From an uncultured Actinomycetes bacterium (GTDB lineage: Bacteria > Actinomycetota > Thermoleophilia > Gaiellales > Gaiellaceae), in assembly GCA_963712915.1 (NCBI GenBank), contig CAVQJQ010000005.1, forward strand, positions 178,859 to 242,858: a stretch of DNA of 64,000 nucleotides, given 5' to 3'. Position numbers and translations under genes: made by a program. Every line of letters starts with the position of its first letter. Position 1 is the first letter of the stretch. Positions 1 to 7,624 of this stretch are shown here, in pieces. The notes under the pieces were generated by a model. The model searched no databases. It had not been told where the DNA came from and saw only the letters and a program-made list of their open reading frames with translations.

Positions 1-828
1 GTCCGCCTGCAGGCAGTCGACCGCGCCCGCCGCGAGCAGCCGCCGGAAGTCGAAGACTGTGGAGCCGTACTCTCCGGCCGTGATCTCGAGGCCGCCGGGA
101 GCGCGGTCGCGGATCAAACGCAGCCCCTCAAGGTCGTCCGACGAGACGGGTTCCTCGAACCACGTCACGTCCCATTCTCCGCGCAGCCGCTCGGCCCAGG
201 CGAGCGCCTCCTTGCGTGCGAACGCGCCGTTTGCGTCGACCAGGAGCGCGGTCTTCGGCCCGATCGCCTCGCGGGCTGCCTGCAGGCGCGCCGGGTCCTC
301 GTCCGGCCGGCGACCGATCTTCATCTTCACGCGCGGGATCCCCGACGCGACCCAGTCGTGCAGCTGCGCGGCCAGCCGGTCGTTCCCGTACGACGTGAAT
401 CCCCCGCTCCCGTAGACGGGGACGCGCTCGTGCCGCGCGTCGAGCAACGTGGTCAGCGCCAGGCCGAGCAGACGCGCCTTCAGGTCCCAGAGCGCGATGT
501 CGACGGCCGCGAGCGCCATGTAGCCGACCCCCGGGCGCCCGGCGTTGCGGAGCCGATCGACCATCGCGTCCCATGTGGCGGTGACCTCGAGCGCGTCACG
601 CTCCACGACGACGTCCGTGAGCAGCGAGTCGATCAGGCGCGCGGTCGCGACGTCGCCGTACGTGTACCCGACTCCAGTCTCGTCGCCCGCCCGGCACGCG
701 ACGACGACGACAGTCGTCGAGGCCCAGTCGAGCGTGCCGTCCGACTCCGGCTCGTCGGTCGGAACCGTGTACGCGCTGACAGCGACGTCCCGAACGGGCG
801 TCCGCGTCCGCGTCGCGGCGACGGCCAC
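1..828 (-). CDS. Enolase-superfamily enzyme (mandelate racemase / muconate lactonizing enzyme-like); 3' end lies outside the window
   Basis: The minus-strand frame is open from 828 down to 1. It is absent from the ORF track because no stop lies in the window. My translation reads VAVAATRTRTPVRDVAVSAYTVPTDEPESDGTLDW...GIPRVKMKIGRRPDEDPARLQAAREAIGPKTALLVDANGAF...VTWFEEPVSSDDLEGL, with KxK, DANG and EEP-type motifs. A GTG start at 828 sits 1 nt downstream of the preceding gene's stop. Confidence 0.75.
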   Translation of the reverse strand, partial: MAVAATRTRTPVRDVAVSAYTVPTDEPESDGTLDWASTTVVVVACRAGDETGVGYTYGDVATARLIDSLLTDVVVERDALEVTATWDAMVDRLRNAGRPGVGYMALAAVDIALWDLKARLLGLALTTLLDARHERVPVYGSGGFTSYGNDRLAAQLHDWVASGIPRVKMKIGRRPDEDPARLQAAREAIGPKTALLVDANGAFARKEALAWAERLRGEWDVTWFEEPVSSDDLEGLRLIRDRAPGGLEITAGEYGSTVFDFRRLLAAGAVDCLQAD

Positions 829-829
829 C

Positions 830-2614
830 TCAGCGACCCGGGAGGAACTCTTGCAGCTTCCCCCGCAGCGACTTCGTCATCGCGTCCATCCCGTCCGGGT
901 CGCCCTTGATCACGGCGGCCGCCATCGCCGTCGCCTGCTCGAACGTGATGTGAGGCGGCAGAGGCGCGATCTCCGGGTCGACGACGACCTCGATCAGCGT
1001 CGGCCGGCTCGCCGTGAGCGCGTCCTCCCAGGCGGCGCCGATCTCGTCCGGTTCGCTGACCTTGATCCCGCGCAGGCCGACGAGGTCGGCGTAGCGGGCG
1101 GCGTGGAAGTCGGGGATCGTTTGCGAGCCCTCGTACTTCGGGTCGCCCGCGAGCACCCGTTGCTCCCAGGTCACCTGGTTCAGATCCTGGTTGTTGAAGA
1201 CGCAGAACACGAGCCGCTGGTCGGGCCACAGGTGCCGGTACTTGGCCACCGTGAGGAGCTCGTTCATCCCGTTCATCTGGAAGGCCCCGTCGCCGACCAT
1301 CGCGATCACCGGGCGGTCGGGGTGCGCCATCTTCGCGGCGATCGCGTACGGGACGCCGGGGCCCATGGTCGCGAGAGTCCCGGAGAGGGACGCCATCATC
1401 CCGCGCCGGAGACGCAGCTGCCGTGCCCACCAGTTGGTCGACGAGCCGGAGTCTGCGGTGAGGATCACGTCGTCCGGGAGCCTCGAGCTCAGCTCCCACA
1501 TCACCCGCCGGGGATTGATGGGGTCGGCGTCCATCATCGCCCGGTCCTCCATCAGCCGCCACCACTCTTCGACGTTCTGCTCGATCTCGTCGCGCCAGGA
1601 GCGATCCTCTTTCCGCTCGAGCAGCGGGATCAGGGCAGCCAGCGTCTCGCGGGCGTCACCGACGAGGTGGACGTCCATCGGGTAGCGCAGCCCGATCATC
1701 GTGGCGTCGATGTCGATCTGCACCCCGCGCGCCTGGCCCTCGCTGGGAAGCCATTCCGCGTACGGGAAGCTCGAGCCGACCATCAGCAGCGTGTCGCAGC
1801 CGTCCATCAGCTCGAAGCTCGGTCTCGAGCCCAGGAGGCCGATCGGCCCCGTCACGAAGGGCAGGTCGTCCGGCAGCACGGCCCGGCCGAGGAGCGCCTT
1901 CGCGACCCCGGCGCCGAGGAGCTCCGCGGTCTCGACGACCTCGTCCGCGGCGCCGAGCGCGCCCTGGCCGACGAGCATCGCGACCCGCTCGCCCCGGTTG
2001 AGCACCTGCGCGGCGCGCTCGAGATCGTCCGCGAACGGGACGATCTTCGGGGCGTGATAGCCGACGCTCGAGTACACCGCGCCGTGGCTCCGAGGCGGCG
2101 ACTCGACCGCGTCCATCTCCTGCACGTCGTTCGGGAACACGAGCGTCGCGACCGTCCGCTCGGCCAGCGCGATCCGGATCGCCCGATCGACGAGGTGGCG
2201 CGCCTGCGCGGGGTCCATGCACGTCTGCACGTATCGGGAGACGTCCTTGAAGAGCGCGTCGAGGTCGACCTCCTGCTGGTAATGGGCGCCGAGGGACATC
2301 CGCCGCTGCTGGCCGACGATCGCGACCACCGGCTGATGGTCGAGCTTCGCGTCGTAGAGCCCGTTCAGGAGGTGGATCGCGCCGGGGCCGGACGTCGCCA
2401 TGCACACGCCGACCTCGCCGGTGAACTTCGCGTGGCCGCAGGCCATGAACGCGGACATCTCCTCGTGCCGCGCCTGCACGAACTGAGGGTCTCCGTCCGC
2501 GCGGTCGAGTGCGCCGAGAAAGCCGTTGATCCCGTCGCCGGGATACCCGAAGATCCTGTGCACATCCCACTGACGCAGTCGCTCCAACACGAAGTCCGCA
2601 ACGGTCGCGCCCAT
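830..2614 (-). CDS. Thiamine-diphosphate-dependent pyruvate oxidase / pyruvate dehydrogenase (quinone)-like enzyme
   Basis: 594-aa ORF. N-terminus FGYPGDGINGFLGAL...MATSGPGAIHLLNGLYDA. TPP-binding motif GDGAFQMNGMNELLT...NN near the C-terminus. GGAGGTG Shine-Dalgarno sequence upstream of ATG 2614. Confidence 0.85.
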   Translation of the reverse strand: MGATVADFVLERLRQWDVHRIFGYPGDGINGFLGALDRADGDPQFVQARHEEMSAFMACGHAKFTGEVGVCMATSGPGAIHLLNGLYDAKLDHQPVVAIVGQQRRMSLGAHYQQEVDLDALFKDVSRYVQTCMDPAQARHLVDRAIRIALAERTVATLVFPNDVQEMDAVESPPRSHGAVYSSVGYHAPKIVPFADDLERAAQVLNRGERVAMLVGQGALGAADEVVETAELLGAGVAKALLGRAVLPDDLPFVTGPIGLLGSRPSFELMDGCDTLLMVGSSFPYAEWLPSEGQARGVQIDIDATMIGLRYPMDVHLVGDARETLAALIPLLERKEDRSWRDEIEQNVEEWWRLMEDRAMMDADPINPRRVMWELSSRLPDDVILTADSGSSTNWWARQLRLRRGMMASLSGTLATMGPGVPYAIAAKMAHPDRPVIAMVGDGAFQMNGMNELLTVAKYRHLWPDQRLVFCVFNNQDLNQVTWEQRVLAGDPKYEGSQTIPDFHAARYADLVGLRGIKVSEPDEIGAAWEDALTASRPTLIEVVVDPEIAPLPPHITFEQATAMAAAVIKGDPDGMDAMTKSLRGKLQEFLPGR

Positions 2615-2740
2615 CCTGTAAACACCTCCTGGCCAGCCGCTCGCCGCCGGGCGAGGGGTCGAACGTCGTCGGAGGGTGAGTACCCGGACTGCGTGCGTCG
2701 AAACGCGACGCTCGCGAGCGCCCGCGGGCCGTCCTGGGCC

Positions 2741-2929
2741 TCACCGTCGCGAGCGATGGTCCCGCCACGAGCGCCAGAGCCGGAGTGGCAGCAGGCCGAT
2801 CAGGGGCGCCCGGCGGCCCAAGTCGCTGCTCGCGTCGCGATCGAATGCGCCGGCGTACAGCGCTGCGTCCTCGTCGCTGGCGTACTCCTTCGACCCGCCC
2901 TCACCGCAGCGCTCGCACCGCCAGGTCAT
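2741..2929 (-). CDS. Small hypothetical protein (62 aa) with an N-terminal CxxC motif
   Basis: The C-terminal part of ORF 2741..3271 from the internal ATG at 2929 reads MTWRCERCGEGGSKEYASDEDAALYAGAFDRD... A GAGGGGG Shine-Dalgarno sequence lies 6 nt upstream. GC3 is high. The longer ORF upstream looks non-coding. Confidence 0.45.
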   Translation of the reverse strand: MTWRCERCGEGGSKEYASDEDAALYAGAFDRDASSDLGRRAPLIGLLPLRLWRSWRDHRSRR

Positions 2930-3032
2930 CGTCGCCCCCTCCGACGAGAAGCGAAAGCGATGGCCGAGCAGTCGGCAGCCGAGCACTTGTCCGAACGTAG
3001 CGTTTTCAGGCTGGGCGCCGCGGGTATCCCCC

Positions 3033-4895
3033 TTGTCGTTGAGCAGCGAAGCCGCAACGGCAACCGCAGGGCCCGCGACGGAGGTCATCGAGACCGACAT
3101 ACCTGGCCGGCTCGACCGCCTGCCGTGGGCGCGCTTCCACTGGCTCGTCGTGTTCGGCCTCGGCACCGTCTGGATCCTCGACGGGCTCGAGGTGACGATC
3201 GTCGGATCGATCGCCTCGCGACTGACGGAGGACGGCAGCGGCATCGCGCTCGGGGCAGGGTCGATCGGCACGGCCGCGGCGATCTACGTCGCCGGCGCCT
3301 GCCTCGGCGCCCTCTTCTTCGGTCAGCTGACCGACCGCTTCGGCCGCAAGAAGCTGTTCGTGATCACGCTCGCGGTCTACGCGCTCGCGACCTTCGCGAC
3401 CGCCTTCGCGTGGACCGCCTGGTACTTCTTCCTCTGCCGGTTCCTCACGGGCGCGGGCATCGGCGGTGAGTACTCCGCGATCAACTCGGCGATCGACGAG
3501 CTGATCCCCGCCCGGGTGCGCGGCCGGGTCGACCTGATCATCAACGGCTCGTACTGGGTCGGTTCGGCAGCGGGCGCCGCGGCGGCGTTGTTCTTCCTCA
3601 GCTCGCTCTTCCCACAGGACGTCGGTTGGCGACTCACCTTCGGGCTCGGCGCGGTGCTCGCCCTGACGATCATGCTCGTCCGCCGCAACGTCCCGGAGAG
3701 CCCGCGCTGGCTCTTCATCCACGGCCGCGAAGACGAGGCCGAGCGGATCGTCCGCGAGATCGAGAGCGGGGTGGAGGACCAGACCGGCGAATCGCTCGAG
3801 GAAGTCGACGACACGATCGAGGTGCGTCAGCGGGAGTCGATCCCGTTTCGGACGATCGGCCGTACCGCGGTCAAGCTCTACCCGAAGCGCACGGTGCTCG
3901 GGCTCGCGCTCTTCGTCGGGCAGGCATTCCTCTACAACGCCGTGACCTTCAACCTCGGCGACCTGTTCAGCACGTTCTACGGCGTGTCGTCCAGCATCGT
4001 GCCCGTCTTCATCATCGTGTTCGCGATCGGGAACTTCCTCGGACCGCTGTTGCTCGGGCGCCTCTTCGACACGGTCGGGCGCGTCCCGATGATCACGATC
4101 TCCTACCTGGGGTCGGCCGTGGTCGCCGCCGTGCTCGGGGTGCTCTTCGCCGGAGAGCTCCTCACGTCGCCCTGGGCGTTCGAGGCGTTCGTCTTCGCGA
4201 CGTTCTTCCTCGCCTCTGCCGGGGCGAGCGCCGCCTACCTGACCGTGAGCGAGATCTTCCCGATGGAGACCCGCGCGCTCGCGATCGCGTTCTTCTACGC
4301 CGTCGGCACCGGGCTGGGGGGGATCGTGGGACCGCTCCTGTTCGGCCACCTGATCGCCACCAACGATCGCACCTGGGTCATGGTCGCGTTCCTCATCGGC
4401 GCCGCGGTGATGGCTGTCGGCGGCGTCGCCGAGCTCTTCCTCGGCGTGCGCGCCGAGCAGACGCAGCTCGAGGACATCGCGAAACCGCTCACCGCGGAGG
4501 AGGCCGAGGAGGGCGAAGGGGAGGAGGAAGAACGAGACGAGCGAGAGGAGCAGGAGCGGCTCTGGCGGGAGCGCGCCGAGCGTCGAGCGGCCTGGGACCG
4601 GGCGGGCCGCCGCCGCTACCGGCCTGGGCCGGGAACCGGCGAGCGGTACTACTCGCCGGGCATGGTCGGCACCGCCCTGCGGTCGAGGCAGGCGTCGCCG
4701 TCGGCTCTCGACCGGGAGATCGCCGCGATCGTGCACGTGCTCGAAGACGAGCGGCACCCGATGCGTCGCGGCGAGCTCGCCCGGCGCGTCGGCGCCCGCA
4801 ACTGGGGGCCCGGGCGGTTCCGCGGCGCGCTGGCGGCGGCGAGCATCGAGGGACGCGTTCGGCGCCTCTCGCGAACGACGTACGCGGCTGCCTAG
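3033..4895 (+). CDS. MFS transporter with a ~150-aa charged, winged-helix-like C-terminal tail
   Basis: Frame of ORF 2676..4895. The MFS body starts around LDRLPWARFHWLVVFGLGTVWILDGLEVTIVGS, has the DRFGRKKLF loop motif and multiple TM stretches. The first ~120 codons of the ORF are Arg/Ser-rich junk that overlaps the divergent small gene. The start is therefore placed at in-frame TTG 3033; this is uncertain because no ATG is available. Confidence 0.8.
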   Translation: MSLSSEAATATAGPATEVIETDIPGRLDRLPWARFHWLVVFGLGTVWILDGLEVTIVGSIASRLTEDGSGIALGAGSIGTAAAIYVAGACLGALFFGQLTDRFGRKKLFVITLAVYALATFATAFAWTAWYFFLCRFLTGAGIGGEYSAINSAIDELIPARVRGRVDLIINGSYWVGSAAGAAAALFFLSSLFPQDVGWRLTFGLGAVLALTIMLVRRNVPESPRWLFIHGREDEAERIVREIESGVEDQTGESLEEVDDTIEVRQRESIPFRTIGRTAVKLYPKRTVLGLALFVGQAFLYNAVTFNLGDLFSTFYGVSSSIVPVFIIVFAIGNFLGPLLLGRLFDTVGRVPMITISYLGSAVVAAVLGVLFAGELLTSPWAFEAFVFATFFLASAGASAAYLTVSEIFPMETRALAIAFFYAVGTGLGGIVGPLLFGHLIATNDRTWVMVAFLIGAAVMAVGGVAELFLGVRAEQTQLEDIAKPLTAEEAEEGEGEEEERDEREEQERLWRERAERRAAWDRAGRRRYRPGPGTGERYYSPGMVGTALRSRQASPSALDREIAAIVHVLEDERHPMRRGELARRVGARNWGPGRFRGALAAASIEGRVRRLSRTTYAAA

Positions 4896-4898
4896 CGC

Positions 4899-5348
4899 TC
4901 AGGCCGGCGGGCGGTCGCCGATCCAGTAGCGCGGGCCCGACCCGAGCGCACCGGCCCGGTCGGCCGGGTTCGCGAGCGCGCAGCGGTCGAGCGAGAGGCA
5001 GCCGCACCCGATGCACTCCGTCAAGCCGCGCTTCAGTCGCTCGAGCTCGGCGATGCGGTCGTCGATCCTCGAGCTCCAGATCGCGGACAGCCGCGACCAG
5101 TCGCGCCGGGTGGGCGCGTGGTGCGGCGGGAGCTTCGCGAGCTCCGCGCCGATCTCGTCGAGCGACAGCCCGATGCGCTGCGCGAAGACGATGAAGGCGA
5201 TCCGCCGGAGCACCGCCCGGGGATAGCGCCGGTGCCCGGAGCCGGCGCGCTCCGACGTGATCAGCCCGCGCTCCTCGTAGAAGCGCAGGGCCGAGGACGC
5301 AACCCCGCTGCGGCGGGCGATCTCGCCGATGGTCAGGACGTCGGACAT
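4899..5348 (-). CDS. soxR: Redox-sensitive MerR-family transcriptional activator SoxR
   Basis: 149 aa. N-terminal MerR HTH (LTIGEIARRSGVASSALRFYEERGLI). C-terminal [2Fe-2S] cluster motif CIGCGCLSLDRCALANP. Confidence 0.9.
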   Translation of the reverse strand: MSDVLTIGEIARRSGVASSALRFYEERGLITSERAGSGHRRYPRAVLRRIAFIVFAQRIGLSLDEIGAELAKLPPHHAPTRRDWSRLSAIWSSRIDDRIAELERLKRGLTECIGCGCLSLDRCALANPADRAGALGSGPRYWIGDRPPA

Positions 5349-5353
5349 CGGGC

Positions 5354-5384
5354 TTGACTTAAAGCTTACTTGAACTTGTATCTT
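5354..5384 (+). promoter_or_regulatory. MerR/SoxR-type promoter: -35 TTGACT, 19-nt spacer carrying a SoxR-box-like inverted repeat, -10 TATCTT
   Basis: TTGACT(5354-5359)-TAAAGCTTACTTGAACTTG-TATCTT(5379-5384). The half-sites ACTTAAAG and CTTGAACT match 6 of 8 positions as an inverted repeat. By my own position-by-position comparison it aligns with the remembered E. coli soxS promoter TTTACCTCAAGTTAACTTGAGGAATTATACT at about 21 of 31 positions. It forms an AT-rich island in a GC-rich genome, 5 nt from the soxR start codon. Confidence 0.7.
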
Positions 5385-5417
5385 CGGTGCACATCGTCGA
5401 GCTCGGGAGAGTCGCAG

Positions 5418-6104
5418 ATGGACAGGATGCGCACAGGGATCGTCACCGGAGCCTCTCGCGGTCTCGGGCTCGCCCTGGTCGAGGCCCTCTCGCGCCGTGG
5501 GTGGCGCCTAGTGGTGGACGCGAGGGGCGCGTCCGTGCTGGGCCGTGCGGTCGGCCGGCTCGACGGTGTCGTCCCGCTACCCGGTGACGTCACGGACGCC
5601 GCGCACCGACGCGCGCTCGTCGAGGCTGCAGGCGGTCGGATCGACCTCGTCGTCAGCAACGCCGGCGTGCTCGGTGCGAGCCCGCGGCCGCCACTGGCCG
5701 ACTATCCGCTCGCGGAGCTCCGCCGAGTCTTCGAGGTGAACGTCCTCGCCCCGCTCGGGCTGCTCCAGGAGGCGCTGCCGTGGCTGTCGCCCGCCGCGGT
5801 CGTGCTGCACGTCAGCTCGGACGCCGCGGTCGAGCCGTACGAGGGGTGGGGAGGCTACGGCGCCTCGAAGGCGGCGCTCGAGCAGGTCACGGCGATCCTC
5901 GCCGTGGAGCAGCCGGGGCTCCGCGTGTACACGATCGACCCGGGCGACATGCGGACACAGACGTACCAGGAGGCGTTTCCCGGGGAAGACATCTCGGGCC
6001 TCCCGGATCCCGAGGCGAGCGTGCCCGGCCTGCTCGCCCTGATCGAGGGGACGTTCCCGAGCGGCCGCTACCGGGCGCGAGAGCTGGCCGAGGTACCCGC
6101 GTGA
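5418..6104 (+). CDS. Short-chain dehydrogenase/reductase (SDR)
   Basis: MDRMRTGIVTGASRGLGLALVEAL (TGxxxGxG), NAG and YGASKAAL (YxxxK) motifs. A GGGAGAG Shine-Dalgarno sequence lies 7 nt upstream of ATG 5418. The ORF-track start at 5370 falls inside the promoter and was rejected. Confidence 0.85.
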   Translation: MDRMRTGIVTGASRGLGLALVEALSRRGWRLVVDARGASVLGRAVGRLDGVVPLPGDVTDAAHRRALVEAAGGRIDLVVSNAGVLGASPRPPLADYPLAELRRVFEVNVLAPLGLLQEALPWLSPAAVVLHVSSDAAVEPYEGWGGYGASKAALEQVTAILAVEQPGLRVYTIDPGDMRTQTYQEAFPGEDISGLPDPEASVPGLLALIEGTFPSGRYRARELAEVPA

Positions 6105-7117
6105 GCGCGGTCGCGCTCGCTCGGCGCCACGTCGCACGCGAGCCGCCCGAGGTCCGGGGTGCGGGACGGGACGACATCGCGCTCCTCGTGAGCACGCGTC
6201 GCGACTGCGCGATCACCCATGCCCGATTCGGCGACCTCCCACGCCACCTCGCACCGGGCGACCTGCTCGTCGTCAACGTGTCGGCCACCGTCGGCGCGGC
6301 CCTCGTCGCCCGTCTCGACGGGCGCGACGTGCAGATCTGGCTCGCGACTCCGCAGGACGACGGGACCTGGCTCGTCGAGGTCCGGACCGGGGATCGGCGG
6401 CCATGTCCGCTGCCCCCCGTCGGCGCCCGGCTCGAGCTCCGGGGAGGCGGGGCACTGGAGCTCGTCGCGGGGCTCACCGGCAGCGACCGGCTCGCCGTCG
6501 CGCGCTTCGCGCTCGACGAGCCCGTGGAGGCGTATCTACGGCGTCACGGTCGACCGATCCGGTACGGCTACGTGCCGACGCCGTGGCCGCTCGCGGCGTA
6601 CCAGACCGTCTTCGGCAGGGAGCCGGGCAGCGCGGAGATGCCGAGCGCCGGGCGCCCGTTCACCCCGGAGCTCGTCACCGAGCTCGTCACACGTGGGATC
6701 CTGTTTGCACCCGTGATGCTCCACACCGGTCTCTCGTCTCCCGAGCGCGGCGAGCCGCCTCAGCCGGAGCGCTTCCACGTGCCCGAGTCGTCGGCGCGGC
6801 TCGTGAACTCGGTGCACGGCTGGAAAGGGCACGTGATCGGGGTGGGGACGACCGTCGTGCGCGCGCTCGAGTCCGCCGTCGCAGCCGACGGCAGCGTGAC
6901 CTCCGCGGGAGGGCGCACGAACCTCGTGATCACCCCGGAGCGCGGGCTCCGGGCGGTCGACGGCCTACTCACGGGCTTCCACGAGAGCGAGTCCTCGCAC
7001 CTCCAGCTGCTCGAGGCTGTCGCAGGCCCCGAGCTCCTCGGGCGCGCGTATCGCGAGGCGCTCGAGCACGGCTACCTGTGGCACGAGTTCGGCGACGTCC
7101 ACCTGATCCTGCCGTGA
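6101..7117 (+). CDS. Divergent S-adenosylmethionine:tRNA ribosyltransferase-isomerase (QueA)-like protein
   Basis: GTG 6101 overlaps the SDR stop (GTGA). QueA-like blocks: APGDLLVVNVSAT, YQTVFGREPGSAEMPSAGRPFT, MLHTGLSS, VIGVGTTVVRALES, LLTGFHESESSHLQLL, YLWHEFGDVHLI. The canonical PLPPYI and HLPKST motifs are not conserved. Confidence 0.7.
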   Translation: MSAVALARRHVAREPPEVRGAGRDDIALLVSTRRDCAITHARFGDLPRHLAPGDLLVVNVSATVGAALVARLDGRDVQIWLATPQDDGTWLVEVRTGDRRPCPLPPVGARLELRGGGALELVAGLTGSDRLAVARFALDEPVEAYLRRHGRPIRYGYVPTPWPLAAYQTVFGREPGSAEMPSAGRPFTPELVTELVTRGILFAPVMLHTGLSSPERGEPPQPERFHVPESSARLVNSVHGWKGHVIGVGTTVVRALESAVAADGSVTSAGGRTNLVITPERGLRAVDGLLTGFHESESSHLQLLEAVAGPELLGRAYREALEHGYLWHEFGDVHLILP

Positions 7118-7542
7118 CCCGCCTCGTCGGCATCAATCACGTGGCGCTCGAGGTCGGGAACGTCGACGAGGCGCTCGCGTTCTACGGGAGACTCTTCGAG
7201 CTGACTCTCCGTGGACGGGTGCGCGGCGCCGCCTTCGTCGACATGGGCGACCAGTTCATCGCCCTGATGGAGGGCGGCGCGGAGCAGCCGGACCGCATCC
7301 GGCACTTCGGCCTCGTCGTCGACGACAAGGAGGCGACGCGGCATGCGCTCGAGGAGGCGGGGGTCGCGCTCGGCCGGGGCCCGGGGCTCGACTTCCGCGA
7401 CCCGTGGGGCAACGCGATCCAGGTCGTCCAGTACGACGAGGTGCAGTTCACGAAGTCCGAGCAGGTGCTCCAGGGGATGGGGCTCGAGCTCGGCAAGACG
7501 GACGCGGCGCTCGACGAGCTGCGCGCCAAGGGTCTCGCGTAG
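7114..7542 (+). CDS. VOC-family (glyoxalase/bleomycin-resistance/dioxygenase fold) protein
   Basis: GTG 7114 overlaps the previous stop (GTGA). VTRLVGINHVALEVGNVDEALAFYGRLF...IRHFGLVVDD...DFRDPWGNAIQVV is typical of the VOC fold. Confidence 0.8.
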   Translation: MTRLVGINHVALEVGNVDEALAFYGRLFELTLRGRVRGAAFVDMGDQFIALMEGGAEQPDRIRHFGLVVDDKEATRHALEEAGVALGRGPGLDFRDPWGNAIQVVQYDEVQFTKSEQVLQGMGLELGKTDAALDELRAKGLA

Positions 7543-7624
7543 CGCGCCGCGCGTCCGCGAACGCTGACCACAGCCTCAGCCGCCATTCATCGGATTCTCA
7601 GAAACCGCTGGTTCACTCGACGCG

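Noticed and set aside
545-3469. 974-aa plus-strand ORF spanning the enolase-like and PoxB-like loci
   Set aside because: The translation is Arg/Pro/His/Val-rich low-complexity sequence with no recognisable motif. It lies antisense to two genes with clear family signatures. It is a typical stop-free shadow ORF of very GC-rich DNA.
5370-6403. Longer N-terminal extensions offered by the ORF track for the SDR (5370), QueA-like (5780) and VOC (6403) genes
   Set aside because: The extensions run through the promoter or through the preceding gene in another frame, and they are compositionally non-coding. Internal starts with Shine-Dalgarno sequences or GTGA overlaps fit the conserved N-termini.
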